Source: an uncultured virus (IMG/VR IMGVR_UViG_3300028033_000029)
Taxonomy: Duplodnaviria > Heunggongvirae > Uroviricota > Caudoviricetes
Reading direction: 5' to 3' (one strand)
IMG/VR virus record: IMGVR_UViG_3300028033_000029
DNA: 64,000 nt
Shown: piece by piece, positions 19,292 through 29,942 of the stretch
How the letters are laid out: each line of letters starts with the position of its first letter
Position numbering within the stretch: the stretch's first letter is position 1
Position numbers and translations under genes: made by a program
The notes under the pieces: model-generated
The model's database searches: none
The model's input: the letters and a program-made list of their open reading frames with translations, nothing else
Told to the model about the DNA's origin: nothing

Positions 19292-21088
19292 TTAGTTTAT
19301 ATTTTTTTCGAGCCTTTCCCATATATTGGGAGACTCGTTATGAACATTATCATCATCATTATTTGGATTCATTTTAATAAACGACAAACCATTTTTGTGG
19401 TATGTAATCATTTTTTCACCAACAAAAGCTTTCACATCTTTTTCAAATTCCTCAAATTTATCATAATTATCAGCTTTAGCAATAAATAATTGTATTTCAT
19501 CATTTGATAATATATCATCAAGAGAACTTAATAATGAGTCTACTTTAGCCTTATATTCTTTCTTTTCAACCTCTTTTTTGAAGGCTAATAATTCATCTAA
19601 TTGAACATTTTTATCTTTCAATTCTTCTTCCAATTTTGAATATTTTTCATGTAATTCTTTATTTTGATCAGATATTGCTTTTATTTTTTGTGTAAAATTC
19701 TTATTATTTTGTCTTGTGAATTCACTAATAATATCTTTACTCCCATCTTCCCAATCAACTGGAACAAATTTAACTCTTGTTATATTTTCAAAATCAAGTA
19801 CAGGATTGTCACCTTGCATTGTATAAGGTATCTTTACATAAAATTCATTCACACAATCCCAAGCATATACAAACTTATCATCATAATCTACTAAATAGTA
19901 GCGTGGGAATTCTTCTTTCCAAATTTCATCTAAATATTTTATGTTTTCCAATTGTCTTTTTAATTCTTCTTCTAATTGTTCTTGTGTGAGTGAAAAATCA
20001 ACTTGAATATCTACCACTTTATCTTCATTTTTTTGTTCATCATCATTATCATCAGAAATATCACTTATATCATCCATAGTAAAATTAGAAGTATCAAGCC
20101 CAAGAGTCTCATAATATTTCTTCAATTTTCTCTTTGCTTCATCATAATAAGAAGCATCAGTATTTCTCTCTAAAAATGACAATGCAGCCTGACATCCATT
20201 TGCAGATAAAACCAATTTACCACCTTTTATCATGCAAACAGGATATTTAAGATTCTCTGATGGAGCATCTTCCCACCCATCAAGAACTACCAAATAAGCA
20301 GCTTTTACTAACTCTTTGTAATTTTTTGCTTTCAAAATATCATTACGTAATTTTGTTTTGTCAACATCACCCCAAGGAGTGTCATAATCTGCTGCTTCTT
20401 TTGATAAGTCAATTTCTATAGGGTCACCAGTACCCCATTCATCCTTCTCAATGAAATCCATCGATTTGTCCTCCTTCCTAAAAAACTTCTTAAATTCCTG
20501 AAGCATCTTAGCAACCCTTTGGCTAAATACTTCAGCACGAGCATTAATCATACCACTTTCTACATTCTGCCCCAATAAAGTAATGCCAGTATAAGAATAC
20601 TCTAAAATATTCTCAACACCTGTTTCTTTATTATACTTAGATTTATGCACAAGAATTTCCATAGAAATTTTAGCGCCTTTATTTTTTATTAATATATCTA
20701 CAGCATCTTGTGCATAAACCTTCCACACATACCCATCAACAACAACATAAGTTCTACCATCAATTTTTTCATAGTGATAATTATTATCTTCAGGGACAAT
20801 ACCTACAGGTTGCTCTAAGTATTTAATTCCATTTTCATCGATTACAATTTCATGTTCCGTAAAATCTTTATTACCATCTTCATCATACTTGATATATGCA
20901 AGAATAGGAATATTAGCTATAGTATCCTTTGCTTTTTCTATTGCATCCATATCAAACTTTGATTTATTAAGATTTATGCCATCATGCATTACATATAACT
21001 TTAATTTTAAAAATCTATCATCCTCAAAAGTATCATCTACAAAATATTTTATTGGTAAATTTAAATAACGATTTGGCACATAAAACAC
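19292..21088 (-). CDS. Prohead protease/scaffold
   Basis: N-terminal HDGINLN...ISMEI...GITLLG protease-like part, acidic coiled-coil C-terminus. Confidence 0.75.
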   Translation of the reverse strand: MFYVPNRYLNLPIKYFVDDTFEDDRFLKLKLYVMHDGINLNKSKFDMDAIEKAKDTIANIPILAYIKYDEDGNKDFTEHEIVIDENGIKYLEQPVGIVPEDNNYHYEKIDGRTYVVVDGYVWKVYAQDAVDILIKNKGAKISMEILVHKSKYNKETGVENILEYSYTGITLLGQNVESGMINARAEVFSQRVAKMLQEFKKFFRKEDKSMDFIEKDEWGTGDPIEIDLSKEAADYDTPWGDVDKTKLRNDILKAKNYKELVKAAYLVVLDGWEDAPSENLKYPVCMIKGGKLVLSANGCQAALSFLERNTDASYYDEAKRKLKKYYETLGLDTSNFTMDDISDISDDNDDEQKNEDKVVDIQVDFSLTQEQLEEELKRQLENIKYLDEIWKEEFPRYYLVDYDDKFVYAWDCVNEFYVKIPYTMQGDNPVLDFENITRVKFVPVDWEDGSKDIISEFTRQNNKNFTQKIKAISDQNKELHEKYSKLEEELKDKNVQLDELLAFKKEVEKKEYKAKVDSLLSSLDDILSNDEIQLFIAKADNYDKFEEFEKDVKAFVGEKMITYHKNGLSFIKMNPNNDDDNVHNESPNIWERLEKNIN

Positions 21089-21095
21089 CTCACTT

Positions 21096-21293
21096 TCAGA
21101 AGAACATCTTGTTTGTTATTACGATTGCTGCTTTATTGAATGGCACATCCAATACAATATTTTTATCATATTTAAATATCCAACACTTTTTACCAGATAT
21201 TACTTTTTCATTTAATAAAATTAGCTTTTTATCAATTAAATAAGCCGCAACTTCAGGATCAAAACAATATACGTATTTTGGCATATTAACCAC
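21096..21293 (-). CDS. Small hypothetical protein
   Basis: Fills gap between portal and protease. Confidence 0.55.
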   Translation of the reverse strand: MVNMPKYVYCFDPEVAAYLIDKKLILLNEKVISGKKCWIFKYDKNIVLDVPFNKAAIVITNKMFF

Positions 21294-21295
21294 CT

Positions 21296-22858
21296 TTACA
21301 CATTTTCATTACTACCAACATCACGGGTTTCTTCACCTTTATCACTTAATTCTGATTGTGATTTTGAAGGTCTACCGCTGTTATCATTTGGCGACTTTTG
21401 ATAAGAAGACGACAATGGTTCTAACATATCAACAATACCAATAGTATTTTCAAACAACGAAAGATTAATTAATTCTCTTTGAGTCTTACCCATAGCAGCA
21501 GCTACCCAAATTTTTGGAAAACCATATTGTGCTGCTTTAAGTGCATTATTAATTCTATCTTGTCGATCAAATTCAGTACCCTCTAAATGTATTACAAATT
21601 TGAATTGACCTGAAATTTTCTCAATTTGATAATTTAAAAAATCTTCAAACTGAGTATATATATGCTTTACAAACATATAATCAACATCTTGATTGTTTTT
21701 CACTAAAGACACTGTAGCTCTATCTAAACCTAAATTAGTACCAGCACTATCCCAAAATCTACTATTGCCTTGCTCATAAATTGTTTTACTACTCTGCGAT
21801 TTATTAAAATCCATAGCTTCAGACTGCTCAAATGGAGTAGTAATAGCTTTAACACCTTCTGGAAGTCCTGCCTGCATATACGCATTAAAATACTTAGCTG
21901 TATCTGCCGTAATAGCAAAAGCATCGATAGAATTAACACTTTTTCCTTCTTTTAATGGAATTTTATTGTTTACAATTTTATAAGTTCTTACTTTTGCATC
22001 AACTCTATCTAATTCACGGTATTCTAATAAATCAAGCGCCTCAAGAAAAAGCGGTATCAATGGGGGGACAATACCAGCCATTTCATTATGAAATTTAAAT
22101 ACCCATGCTTTATCTGGAGGTAACTGTTGCCAATAAAAATATCTCCCATTATGATACCCAGCTCGTACACCAGCTTGTTTATCATCAATAATTCTATCTT
22201 TATTGCTCATGAATGATTCATAATATACGCTAAACTCGGGCGCAAAATTTTCTAATAAAACACCTGGTTGTAGGAAATATGTCATATTAAATGAGTATTT
22301 CCAACCATGTTCGCTTTTGTAGTCTATCATACAATAATTGGACGGCATTTCTTGCAATACAATCCTATCATCAAGTTCCCTCACATAATAAAACTTAGCA
22401 TCCTCACGCATCATTTGACGTGTAACTTCTGGAAAAGTTTGTTTAATATTAAATTTTTCTACCCAATCTAAAACACGTCGATAAGCTTTCCAAAAAGCAC
22501 TATTTTTCAAATCCTCAGGACTATTAATAATAGGTTCAACATACCAATCAAATGATAATAAACCTCCAAAATAATAAATCAACCTTTTGAATTGTAAAAT
22601 ATTATTCTCTATAAATTGTGCTAATTCTTTTAAAGTACGCTCATTAGCTTTGGGGTTTTGCAATAATTCAATAATTTTTCCCCTATCAAATTTTTGAGGG
22701 TACATATTAATATTTTTCAATATTTCATTCTGCAAAATAGGGTTCATATAATAAGCCATTATACTTGCATTAATATCACGTGCAAATTCTAAAAAATAGT
22801 TGGTCGATGTTTCATTCGTAGTAGCAGTGGTATTTTTTTGATTTTTTCTTTTTGGCAC
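21296..22858 (-). CDS. Portal protein
   Basis: 520 aa after terminase; C-terminal GRP motif. Confidence 0.8.
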   Translation of the reverse strand: MPKRKNQKNTTATTNETSTNYFLEFARDINASIMAYYMNPILQNEILKNINMYPQKFDRGKIIELLQNPKANERTLKELAQFIENNILQFKRLIYYFGGLLSFDWYVEPIINSPEDLKNSAFWKAYRRVLDWVEKFNIKQTFPEVTRQMMREDAKFYYVRELDDRIVLQEMPSNYCMIDYKSEHGWKYSFNMTYFLQPGVLLENFAPEFSVYYESFMSNKDRIIDDKQAGVRAGYHNGRYFYWQQLPPDKAWVFKFHNEMAGIVPPLIPLFLEALDLLEYRELDRVDAKVRTYKIVNNKIPLKEGKSVNSIDAFAITADTAKYFNAYMQAGLPEGVKAITTPFEQSEAMDFNKSQSSKTIYEQGNSRFWDSAGTNLGLDRATVSLVKNNQDVDYMFVKHIYTQFEDFLNYQIEKISGQFKFVIHLEGTEFDRQDRINNALKAAQYGFPKIWVAAAMGKTQRELINLSLFENTIGIVDMLEPLSSSYQKSPNDNSGRPSKSQSELSDKGEETRDVGSNENV

Positions 22859-22876
22859 TTTTTCACCTTCTTTCTG

Positions 22877-24382
22877 CTAAACAATCAAATACTCCAACAT
22901 ACCTTTTAACATATTTTCGTAATCATCTTGATACAAATTATGTTTGTTATTTACTTCCAACTCGTTCACATATGCTAATCCATATCCCAAGCTTGTAGCT
23001 CTATCTCTCTTCGTTGTCTTTACCAATCTATCATAAATAATATTTCCAGAACCACTTATTGTCTGTGTAATATTTGCCAACTCTTCTATAAGTAAGTCAG
23101 TTTCAATAAACACAGCATATTCTTCAGGAGTAAGATTGTTTTCTTTAAACTGACTATCAACTTCTGTAGAAGGTATAAGCAATCTTACGGAACCATCTTC
23201 AAAACAAGATTTCATATAAGTATACATAGTATTATTAAAACTATTAGTAGCTGCTATTCCTCTTATCAACGGAATAGCACCTTTCAATTTTTTACCTTCT
23301 TCATCATCATCTAACACAAGGGGAGGGAACTCAATTACTTTTTTTGTTTTGGGATCTACATATTCCCACGTCTCATAAAATAAATAAGGTAACCCTTCAC
23401 CGTTGCCTCTCATATCTATTACTAATTTTTCAGTATTAGGGAATTTAATATGAACAAACTCTCTTAAAAAATCTCTCTGCTCTTGTAAAGTAACCCCGTT
23501 ATGTGTTTTTATGTACACCACTTCTTTGAAATAAGTACCGTTAGGACGAGGTTTTAACTTAATAACTGTTGTACATGCATTATCACTATCTTTTGCATTA
23601 GAAAGTGCAACATCATGAACAACTATATATGAAGATGATGATTTCGAAGGTTGTTCTAACTCACATTTTTCAAGTTTCCTACATTTTTCAGTTAACTCAT
23701 AAGGATAATATGATTCACTACTTGAACCAACAAAAACTCCTTCATACTCATACATAAATTTATCAGTTGTCATAGATGGTTTTTCTTTTTCTTTAAGTAT
23801 ATCTTCTTCATAAAAAATTCCTGCATCAACACCAGCCCTATAACTCAATGAAGCAACAAAATAATCCTCAGAACCACTTTTCATCATTTTGTAGTGATAT
23901 ACAAATCTTTTGTATAAATCACAACTTTTCAAATAAGCAGACGAAATAAAAATAACTTTACCTTTTTCGGGTGGAAGTTTAACATCTGGATGATCTTTTT
24001 CATAATCAAGAAGTATAGATCTTCTTGTTTTTGTCATGGGTATCAATATTTCCTCAATTACACTATCCTTAACTAATCTTGCTTCATCTATTAAAATATA
24101 ATTAAATCTCCAGCTTCTTGCACTATCGCCAGACTGATTATTACCTAAGGTAATAGCCCTAATTTCAGAACCATTCCAAAAATTTACCACACAGTCATCC
24201 TGACTAATCTTAATAGGAAACTGTATCTCTCTTGCGATATTTTCATTCTTGGCTAATTCACCTTTTATCTTTTGGATAATTACATTTCTTGCTTGCTGAC
24301 CTTTACCACTTGCTATACCCAACTTAATACCAGGGTACAAAATAGCAGTAGCTACAAAAAAAAGAGCACTTATCCAAGACTT
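22877..24382 (-). CDS. terL: Terminase large subunit, exon 2
   Basis: Begins KSW completing Walker A; ILIDEA Walker B; nuclease motifs HDVA, IDMRG, KRDRATS. Confidence 0.92.
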   Translation of the reverse strand, partial: KSWISALFFVATAILYPGIKLGIASGKGQQARNVIIQKIKGELAKNENIAREIQFPIKISQDDCVVNFWNGSEIRAITLGNNQSGDSARSWRFNYILIDEARLVKDSVIEEILIPMTKTRRSILLDYEKDHPDVKLPPEKGKVIFISSAYLKSCDLYKRFVYHYKMMKSGSEDYFVASLSYRAGVDAGIFYEEDILKEKEKPSMTTDKFMYEYEGVFVGSSSESYYPYELTEKCRKLEKCELEQPSKSSSSYIVVHDVALSNAKDSDNACTTVIKLKPRPNGTYFKEVVYIKTHNGVTLQEQRDFLREFVHIKFPNTEKLVIDMRGNGEGLPYLFYETWEYVDPKTKKVIEFPPLVLDDDEEGKKLKGAIPLIRGIAATNSFNNTMYTYMKSCFEDGSVRLLIPSTEVDSQFKENNLTPEEYAVFIETDLLIEELANITQTISGSGNIIYDRLVKTTKRDRATSLGYGLAYVNELEVNNKHNLYQDDYENMLKGMLEYLIV

Positions 24383-25565
24383 CAATTTTGTTACCCTACA
24401 GGCTTTTTATCCTGTAGCTCTTACGGTTCATTTCCCGTAAGTTCAGCATAAATTTTCACCCTCATCGATAAGGTGCCCCTTATCATGTTAGGGTGTCCCC
24501 GCCTCGTGGAGGGATTATATTCTTTGGATATAGAGTCCAAAGGTTCACCCTCTATGCGTTGCCCCTGGCTATACTATTACATATAGCCTTCAGGTCGGGT
24601 TAGCATCTCAGCTTTCCCGCTTTTTTCGGGGATAATACTCCTAAGTATTTCTACCTAGGACGGCAGTCCTTTTGCTTTTAGTTAGGATTTCTTTACGAAC
24701 ACGAAACTCTTTGGCTTCTTCGAAACTTTCAAAATATTTACTTTTTCTCTTTCTGTTTTCTACAAACGTAGCAACCCATTTTTTATTGTATGTGTCAAAA
24801 TAAACACCACGTTTACCTGATTTATTATGTTTAATTAGTTGTACAAAATTTATCATTTCATCAAATTTATCTTTTTTACGCTTTAAATACCTAGTTGCTG
24901 TATGATAAAACTTATCATAAATCATTATTATATTATCATATCCATATATATACATCTCAAAAGCATTCCCTTTTTGATATATTTTAAAAACAGAAGGAAT
25001 ACCTTCTAATAGTAAAAAATCATTAATACCTTTTAAAAAATTTTGAGTGCCAACAAACACCATTTCAACTTTAATAGTATGTTCTTTATTGTTATAATAT
25101 ATACTCCCGTCTCCATCAAAATACCCACGAATAAAATCCCACATAAATTCTTTGGGAACTATATCATAACTTGGAAATGTCAATATTAAAGATTTATTAG
25201 GCACACAACCCAAATTAACCAAATCTCTACACATTTTAGTATTAGAAACAATCACTCTGTTAGCAAAATATTTTTTATCATTCAATTTAATAACTTTATC
25301 TTTTATAGGAACATTACTTTTTATATCCCTCAAAAAATTTTCTAAATGGACTCTATCCTCTGATTTTAGTGATAATTCTAAAGACATTGATTTGATTTTT
25401 CCATTTTTATAATTCCTATGAATATAACCATCAGCGTAAAGAAATCCTAACCAATATGCTTTTGCCTCGCTATCAATTTTTTCAAAAAAATCACTATCAT
25501 AACTATATTTCAAAATATAACACTCCTTTTGACTTGATTACATTTGAGGCAAAATCAACTTGACT
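24383..25565 (-). mobile_element. Group I intron (1183 nt) in terL
   Basis: Exon 1 ends in U, intron ends in G; splicing restores SRGIG|KSW; P1, P10 and P7 (GCAUA/UAUGC) pairings visible; core at 24383-24660. Confidence 0.92.
24641..25513 (-). CDS. Intron-encoded LAGLIDADG homing endonuclease with C-terminal AP2-like domain
   Basis: WLGFLYADG and FIRGYFDGDG motifs; C-terminal GVYFD...KW.A...F.S.EEA. Confidence 0.9.
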   Translation of the reverse strand: MKYSYDSDFFEKIDSEAKAYWLGFLYADGYIHRNYKNGKIKSMSLELSLKSEDRVHLENFLRDIKSNVPIKDKVIKLNDKKYFANRVIVSNTKMCRDLVNLGCVPNKSLILTFPSYDIVPKEFMWDFIRGYFDGDGSIYYNNKEHTIKVEMVFVGTQNFLKGINDFLLLEGIPSVFKIYQKGNAFEMYIYGYDNIIMIYDKFYHTATRYLKRKKDKFDEMINFVQLIKHNKSGKRGVYFDTYNKKWVATFVENRKRKSKYFESFEEAKEFRVRKEILTKSKRTAVLGRNT

Positions 25566-25835
25566 ACCAATACCCCTACTGCATATCAACATACTATTTT
25601 GATACCTTGCCATAGCCCTCAACATAAGACGCTGAAAAGGATAAAGTTTAACACCTAAAATATCAATTACAAATTCATCAATATAATATCTGTAATAACT
25701 CAAAAACTTAGCCCACTCATCATAATCAATAGGTTGTGGCTTTATAGGATCATAACTATACGGGCTATTAAAATTTTCATAAGCTCCTTCTTTTATCTTG
25801 CGACTTTTTTGACTAAAATTCTTATATGAAGCCAT
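25566..25835 (-). CDS. terL: Terminase large subunit, exon 1
   Basis: ATG at 25835; KLYPFQ Q-motif; ends SRGIG. Confidence 0.9.
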
Positions 25836-25850
25836 TTTTATCACCACACT

Positions 25851-26606
25851 TTATAAGGAGCGCTCAATGTTAGCATAATAGTCCAATATTTTATCTATAT
25901 CGTCTTTTTCAAGAGGAATATGACGTGATATCCATTGATGTCTTTCCACCATTTCAAATATTTTACCAAAATTACCTAAACCAACATCATTTTGACTTCT
26001 CGTATTTTCTGCAAACTGCGCTGACTTTGATAAACTATCAAATATTTCTTGTAATGCTTTATATCTTTTGTCTGCACCAGGTTTGCCATCAAGCATTTCT
26101 TGATATGCTTTATTAACTGCTAAGCTTGCCTGTGCTATTTTTTTAGCATAATCAATATGATTTGTAGTCCTTATATTAAAATCTTTTTCTAATCCAGCTA
26201 AATAATTATCAAGATAATCAATTTCACTTTGAGTATAATAGCCATGCCATTTTTTACTGTATATTTTCTTTTCATTATCAGGGGGAGGTGTCTCTTCTTC
26301 AAAAATACTATCTTTCCATGTCATATCTTCATATTGTTTCAATGAATGAATTTCCCTAAGATAAGCACCTATAGGCTTAGGTTTATCTTTTTGCCTTTCC
26401 CACACAGTATATATAAAAGGCACATCCAATTGCCTTAAAATACTATATACTGACTCCATATCTGATGGGTCCACTTTATTATTTATGCAATCTTTACAAA
26501 TAGGGGCATAACCATCATGTAAAGGACTTTTAGATTTATAAAAATTATTTAAAGCTAATTTCCTGCCACACAAAGAACAAGTTTTAGTTTTATCCTTTTC
26601 GACCAT
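25851..26606 (-). CDS. Putative terminase small subunit / Zn-finger protein
   Basis: CxxC...CxxC N-terminus, directly upstream of terL. Confidence 0.6.
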   Translation of the reverse strand: MVEKDKTKTCSLCGRKLALNNFYKSKSPLHDGYAPICKDCINNKVDPSDMESVYSILRQLDVPFIYTVWERQKDKPKPIGAYLREIHSLKQYEDMTWKDSIFEEETPPPDNEKKIYSKKWHGYYTQSEIDYLDNYLAGLEKDFNIRTTNHIDYAKKIAQASLAVNKAYQEMLDGKPGADKRYKALQEIFDSLSKSAQFAENTRSQNDVGLGNFGKIFEMVERHQWISRHIPLEKDDIDKILDYYANIERSL

Positions 26607-26714
26607 TTCACCACCCTCTCACAGAATAAAAACAAGACGCTTGCATAATTAGGTTATATATAAATACTTGTTGTAAAAAAATATAGCTGTTAGCGCCTTT
26701 TATTCCTTTTATTA

Positions 26715-26885
26715 CTAAATATTATTTATTCCATTTATTGTGCCACCAAAATACCAACCGTTATCTTCTATCCATTCAATGAATTTATCTAAAAAATCAT
26801 TTACACCAATAGGATTATTTGTTACCTCAACAACCCCATCAATCATTATTGCTGGATTATTACGCACAATCAATTTACCAAACAT
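26715..26885 (-). CDS. Small hypothetical protein (56 aa)
   Basis: Manual translation MFGKLIV...GWYFGG...; below ORF-track cutoff. Confidence 0.5.
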   Translation of the reverse strand: MFGKLIVRNNPAIMIDGVVEVTNNPIGVNDFLDKFIEWIEDNGWYFGGTINGINNI

Positions 26886-26933
26886 TTCATCAACGTTTTA
26901 CCTTCAGATATTGGCTTTTTGAATTAACATCAT

Positions 26934-28121
26934 TTACAACAAACTAATCTTATAAGTAATTGTCCTACCTTTACCTTCCTCAAGAATGAATAATTTTGCT
27001 CCTGCATTACTTGACCTCTTTAAACGCATTGAAAAATCATCTAAACCAATAATAGAAGGGGATTGAATTACCTCAACTTCGCCACTATCACCAATTGCAA
27101 TTGTCTTTTCGTAATTATGATGTAAATGCCCAGCTAATAAAATATCTATTTTTTGATTGTATAAAAGCACATAATCTTTCAATGATTTTTCTAAATCTTT
27201 TTCATCCTGACCATGAACAGCAAGAATATTTACTCCAACTGTACTAAAATACTGCACATAAGACTCTCCAATATGTATATCAACATTAGGATTGTTTGCT
27301 AATGCAGTCTTTAAATACCATGATATAATACGTTCAGTATTTTCGTGAGGAAATTCCCCACGTTGAGAACCAAGTGGACGAATTTCATTATGATTACCTA
27401 AAACATTATAATAATCAATTCTAACGTATTTACTTAACTCGTTTAACCAATTAACCATAAAATCAGAAAAACCTATCACTGATTCTACTACACCTAATTG
27501 CAAAGATTGTAATTGACTCATCCTTAAAATCCCATCAATACTATCCGATAAATTCACAATATTAATATGATTTAGGCTCTCTTTGTTAATTATTTTTATA
27601 ATTTCACCTAACAAATTCCACATTCGCCGTTCAAATATTTCAATATTGTAAATATTCAAAACTTCCCCTTTAAGCCCCACAATATTAACTTCTTTACCAT
27701 AGTGACAATCTGCTATAGTTACAATCGCATCACGCCTAATCTTTTCCTCTGGTTTAATATACTGAGGTATTCTCAAATCATACCTCTCTCTAATAGCATC
27801 TTCTAATCTTTCATAAAACAACTCTATTCTTGCTTGTTCACGAAGCCATTTATTAATTTCATTTTTTTCTGTTTGTAATTTTTTTCTTTCTTTTTCAAGC
27901 TCTATTTTTTTTATCTCTATTTCTTGAAGCTTTTGCACCACATCTTCATTAACAACATCTTCTCGCTTAGGTAATAATCCATGTTTTTTGCGATAACGCT
28001 TAACAATCTGTCTTGCATCTTCACCGCTAATACCAAACATTCTACCAATGTCAGCCCATTTTAAATTATTTTTCCCTTCTATTTTGTCCAGACCTAACTT
28101 GATAAGCTTCTCTTTGTTCAT
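26934..28121 (-). CDS. Metallophosphoesterase with N-terminal HTH/coiled coil
   Basis: DCH, GNH, HG, GHLH calcineurin-like motifs. Confidence 0.85.
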   Translation of the reverse strand: MNKEKLIKLGLDKIEGKNNLKWADIGRMFGISGEDARQIVKRYRKKHGLLPKREDVVNEDVVQKLQEIEIKKIELEKERKKLQTEKNEINKWLREQARIELFYERLEDAIRERYDLRIPQYIKPEEKIRRDAIVTIADCHYGKEVNIVGLKGEVLNIYNIEIFERRMWNLLGEIIKIINKESLNHINIVNLSDSIDGILRMSQLQSLQLGVVESVIGFSDFMVNWLNELSKYVRIDYYNVLGNHNEIRPLGSQRGEFPHENTERIISWYLKTALANNPNVDIHIGESYVQYFSTVGVNILAVHGQDEKDLEKSLKDYVLLYNQKIDILLAGHLHHNYEKTIAIGDSGEVEVIQSPSIIGLDDFSMRLKRSSNAGAKLFILEEGKGRTITYKISLL

Positions 28122-28290
28122 TGTTCACCTCTCGTATCTTTTTCATTAAATTTTCATCTAAAATTTCAGACCCACAATTATCACACCATAGCACACCATC
28201 TTCATCTTGTGTTACAGTATGATAACCTTGACAAAACACACAGTAAGCCCTCACTACCACTATTCCTCCATCTTTTGGTATTCTTGACAT
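28066..28290 (-). CDS. Small Zn-ribbon protein (true start probably near 28261)
   Basis: CVFC...CDNC. Confidence 0.55.
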   Translation of the reverse strand: MSRIPKDGGIVVVRAYCVFCQGYHTVTQDEDGVLWCDNCGSEILDENLMKKIREVNNEQREAYQVRSGQNRREK

Positions 28291-28415
28291 TTCAAAATTT
28301 CTATATCAACACCTATTCTCTTTTTAGATTCCTCAGAAAAATTCTTTTCTAAAATAATTTTCCATCTGCACACATTCTGTTTTTCACAAGACTCACACAA
28401 GAAATTTTTAATCAT
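28260..28415 (-). CDS. Small Cys-rich hypothetical protein (51 aa)
   Basis: GGAGG SD, MIKNFLCESC...; manual translation. Confidence 0.6.
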   Translation of the reverse strand: MIKNFLCESCEKQNVCRWKIILEKNFSEESKKRIGVDIEILKCQEYQKMEE

Positions 28416-28426
28416 ACTTCCCCTCC

Positions 28427-29620
28427 TTATAAATTCGCAAATAATTTAGACGCTTCAGAGCGTACATCTTCCTCAAGAGTAATTACCCCAAATAGGGGAT
28501 TACCTTTTGCCTTTTCAATGAGATACTTCAAACCATTATTATTTTTATATTTTGCCTCTGTTTGGCTATAATCACCACAAAAAACTATAGCAGAATTTTT
28601 ATCAATCCTACTGCCAATTAATTTTATCCCTTTAATATCAATATCTTCAGCTTCATCTACAATTACAAAAGATTCTTGAATCGATAAACCCTTCAAAAAA
28701 TAGGGGACATCAACAACTATCTGTTCGTTTTTAATATAATAATCCAAATCATCAATGCCTCTATCTAAATATTGTGCAATTGGTCTAAAATAATCTTTTA
28801 CTTTGTCATACTTTGAGCCTGGCAAAAAACCAATTTGTTCACCAGTACCAATAGGATTCCTTATTAAAAATAATTTTGAATAATTTCCTTTAGTAAAAAC
28901 ATTATACAACCCCATCCTCACAGCAAGCATTGTCTTTCCAGATCCATAATTTCCAATTATTACTTTAACTGGTACATCATTATTATTTAACAAATCTAAA
29001 GCACACCGTTGCAACGAATTTAGCGCTTTAACTACTTTTGAAGATGGCAACTTCAAATTAACTAATTTGCCATTAGAATACCTATATTCAAACACATCAT
29101 TTAAATCGGCATTATGCAAAATCAAATACTCATTCTCTAAAAAATTGTATTTATTAACACCTTCTTCAAGAGAAGCAAATAAATCATTAATTTCATCTGT
29201 ATTAAGAAATAATTCTTTATATCCTTTATACACTTCATTATTATTATTTTTTTCATAAAATTCAACTTCAACACCTAAAGCAATAGCTTTCAATCTCATA
29301 CTAATATCGTCAGTCAATAATTTATACTTGTTTATTTTTGCACACACAATTAACTGATTATCTACTTTTTTAGCACTCCATCCCCAGGGAAGAGGAGCAG
29401 TATAATCATCATTATCAAATATAAAGTTCACGGTATTACTTAAAATTTTTTGTATTACTTTTCTCGCTTTGTAACCTGCCTCATCATTATATTCCTTCAT
29501 GTTGTCTAATTCTTCCAAAACTGAACTATGTATTACAAGTGGATACTTATCAATAGCATCAACATTGTTTATAAGAAAACTCGTATCAACAACATACTTA
29601 CCACCCATTTCAAAACCCAC
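28427..29620 (-). CDS. phoH: PIN domain-PhoH ATPase fusion
   Basis: VVDTS...VLEELD PIN; GNYGSGKT Walker A; IVDEAE; GD..Q. Confidence 0.9.
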   Translation of the reverse strand: MGFEMGGKYVVDTSFLINNVDAIDKYPLVIHSSVLEELDNMKEYNDEAGYKARKVIQKILSNTVNFIFDNDDYTAPLPWGWSAKKVDNQLIVCAKINKYKLLTDDISMRLKAIALGVEVEFYEKNNNNEVYKGYKELFLNTDEINDLFASLEEGVNKYNFLENEYLILHNADLNDVFEYRYSNGKLVNLKLPSSKVVKALNSLQRCALDLLNNNDVPVKVIIGNYGSGKTMLAVRMGLYNVFTKGNYSKLFLIRNPIGTGEQIGFLPGSKYDKVKDYFRPIAQYLDRGIDDLDYYIKNEQIVVDVPYFLKGLSIQESFVIVDEAEDIDIKGIKLIGSRIDKNSAIVFCGDYSQTEAKYKNNNGLKYLIEKAKGNPLFGVITLEEDVRSEASKLFANL

Positions 29621-29636
29621 TTTCTATTAGTTTATT

Positions 29637-29930
29637 TTATGGTTGGCTACCTCCATTATCCTTTAACAAACTCTTGAAATTTTTAGATGGTTTAAACCTT
29701 ATCACCTTATAAGCGGGTATATCAATCCTTTCACCACTATGTGGGTTATATCCTTGTTTTGGCGGTCTTGTAGTAATTTCAAATATTCCAAAGTCAGGTA
29801 TAGTAATTTTTTCACCTAATATCATTTGTTCTTTGATAGTATCAAATATAATATCTATTATTGCTTCGGCTTCCTTTTGAGTTACACTAAGTTTTTCTTT
29901 AATAAGCCTTACAAAATCTCTCTTTAACAA
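29637..29930 (-). CDS. hup: HU/IHF-like DNA-binding protein
   Basis: FGIF...GYNPHSGERIDIPA...FKPSK. Confidence 0.92.
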   Translation of the reverse strand: MLKRDFVRLIKEKLSVTQKEAEAIIDIIFDTIKEQMILGEKITIPDFGIFEITTRPPKQGYNPHSGERIDIPAYKVIRFKPSKNFKSLLKDNGGSQP

Positions 29931-29942
29931 TACAACCCCTCC

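Noticed and set aside
22877..25847. Terminase as pseudogene or intein-containing
   Set aside because: Precise group I splice junctions restore the frame; endonuclease is a separate ORF.
26637..26668. dif-like site
   Set aside because: Only CATAA and TAAAT match; XerD arm not conserved.
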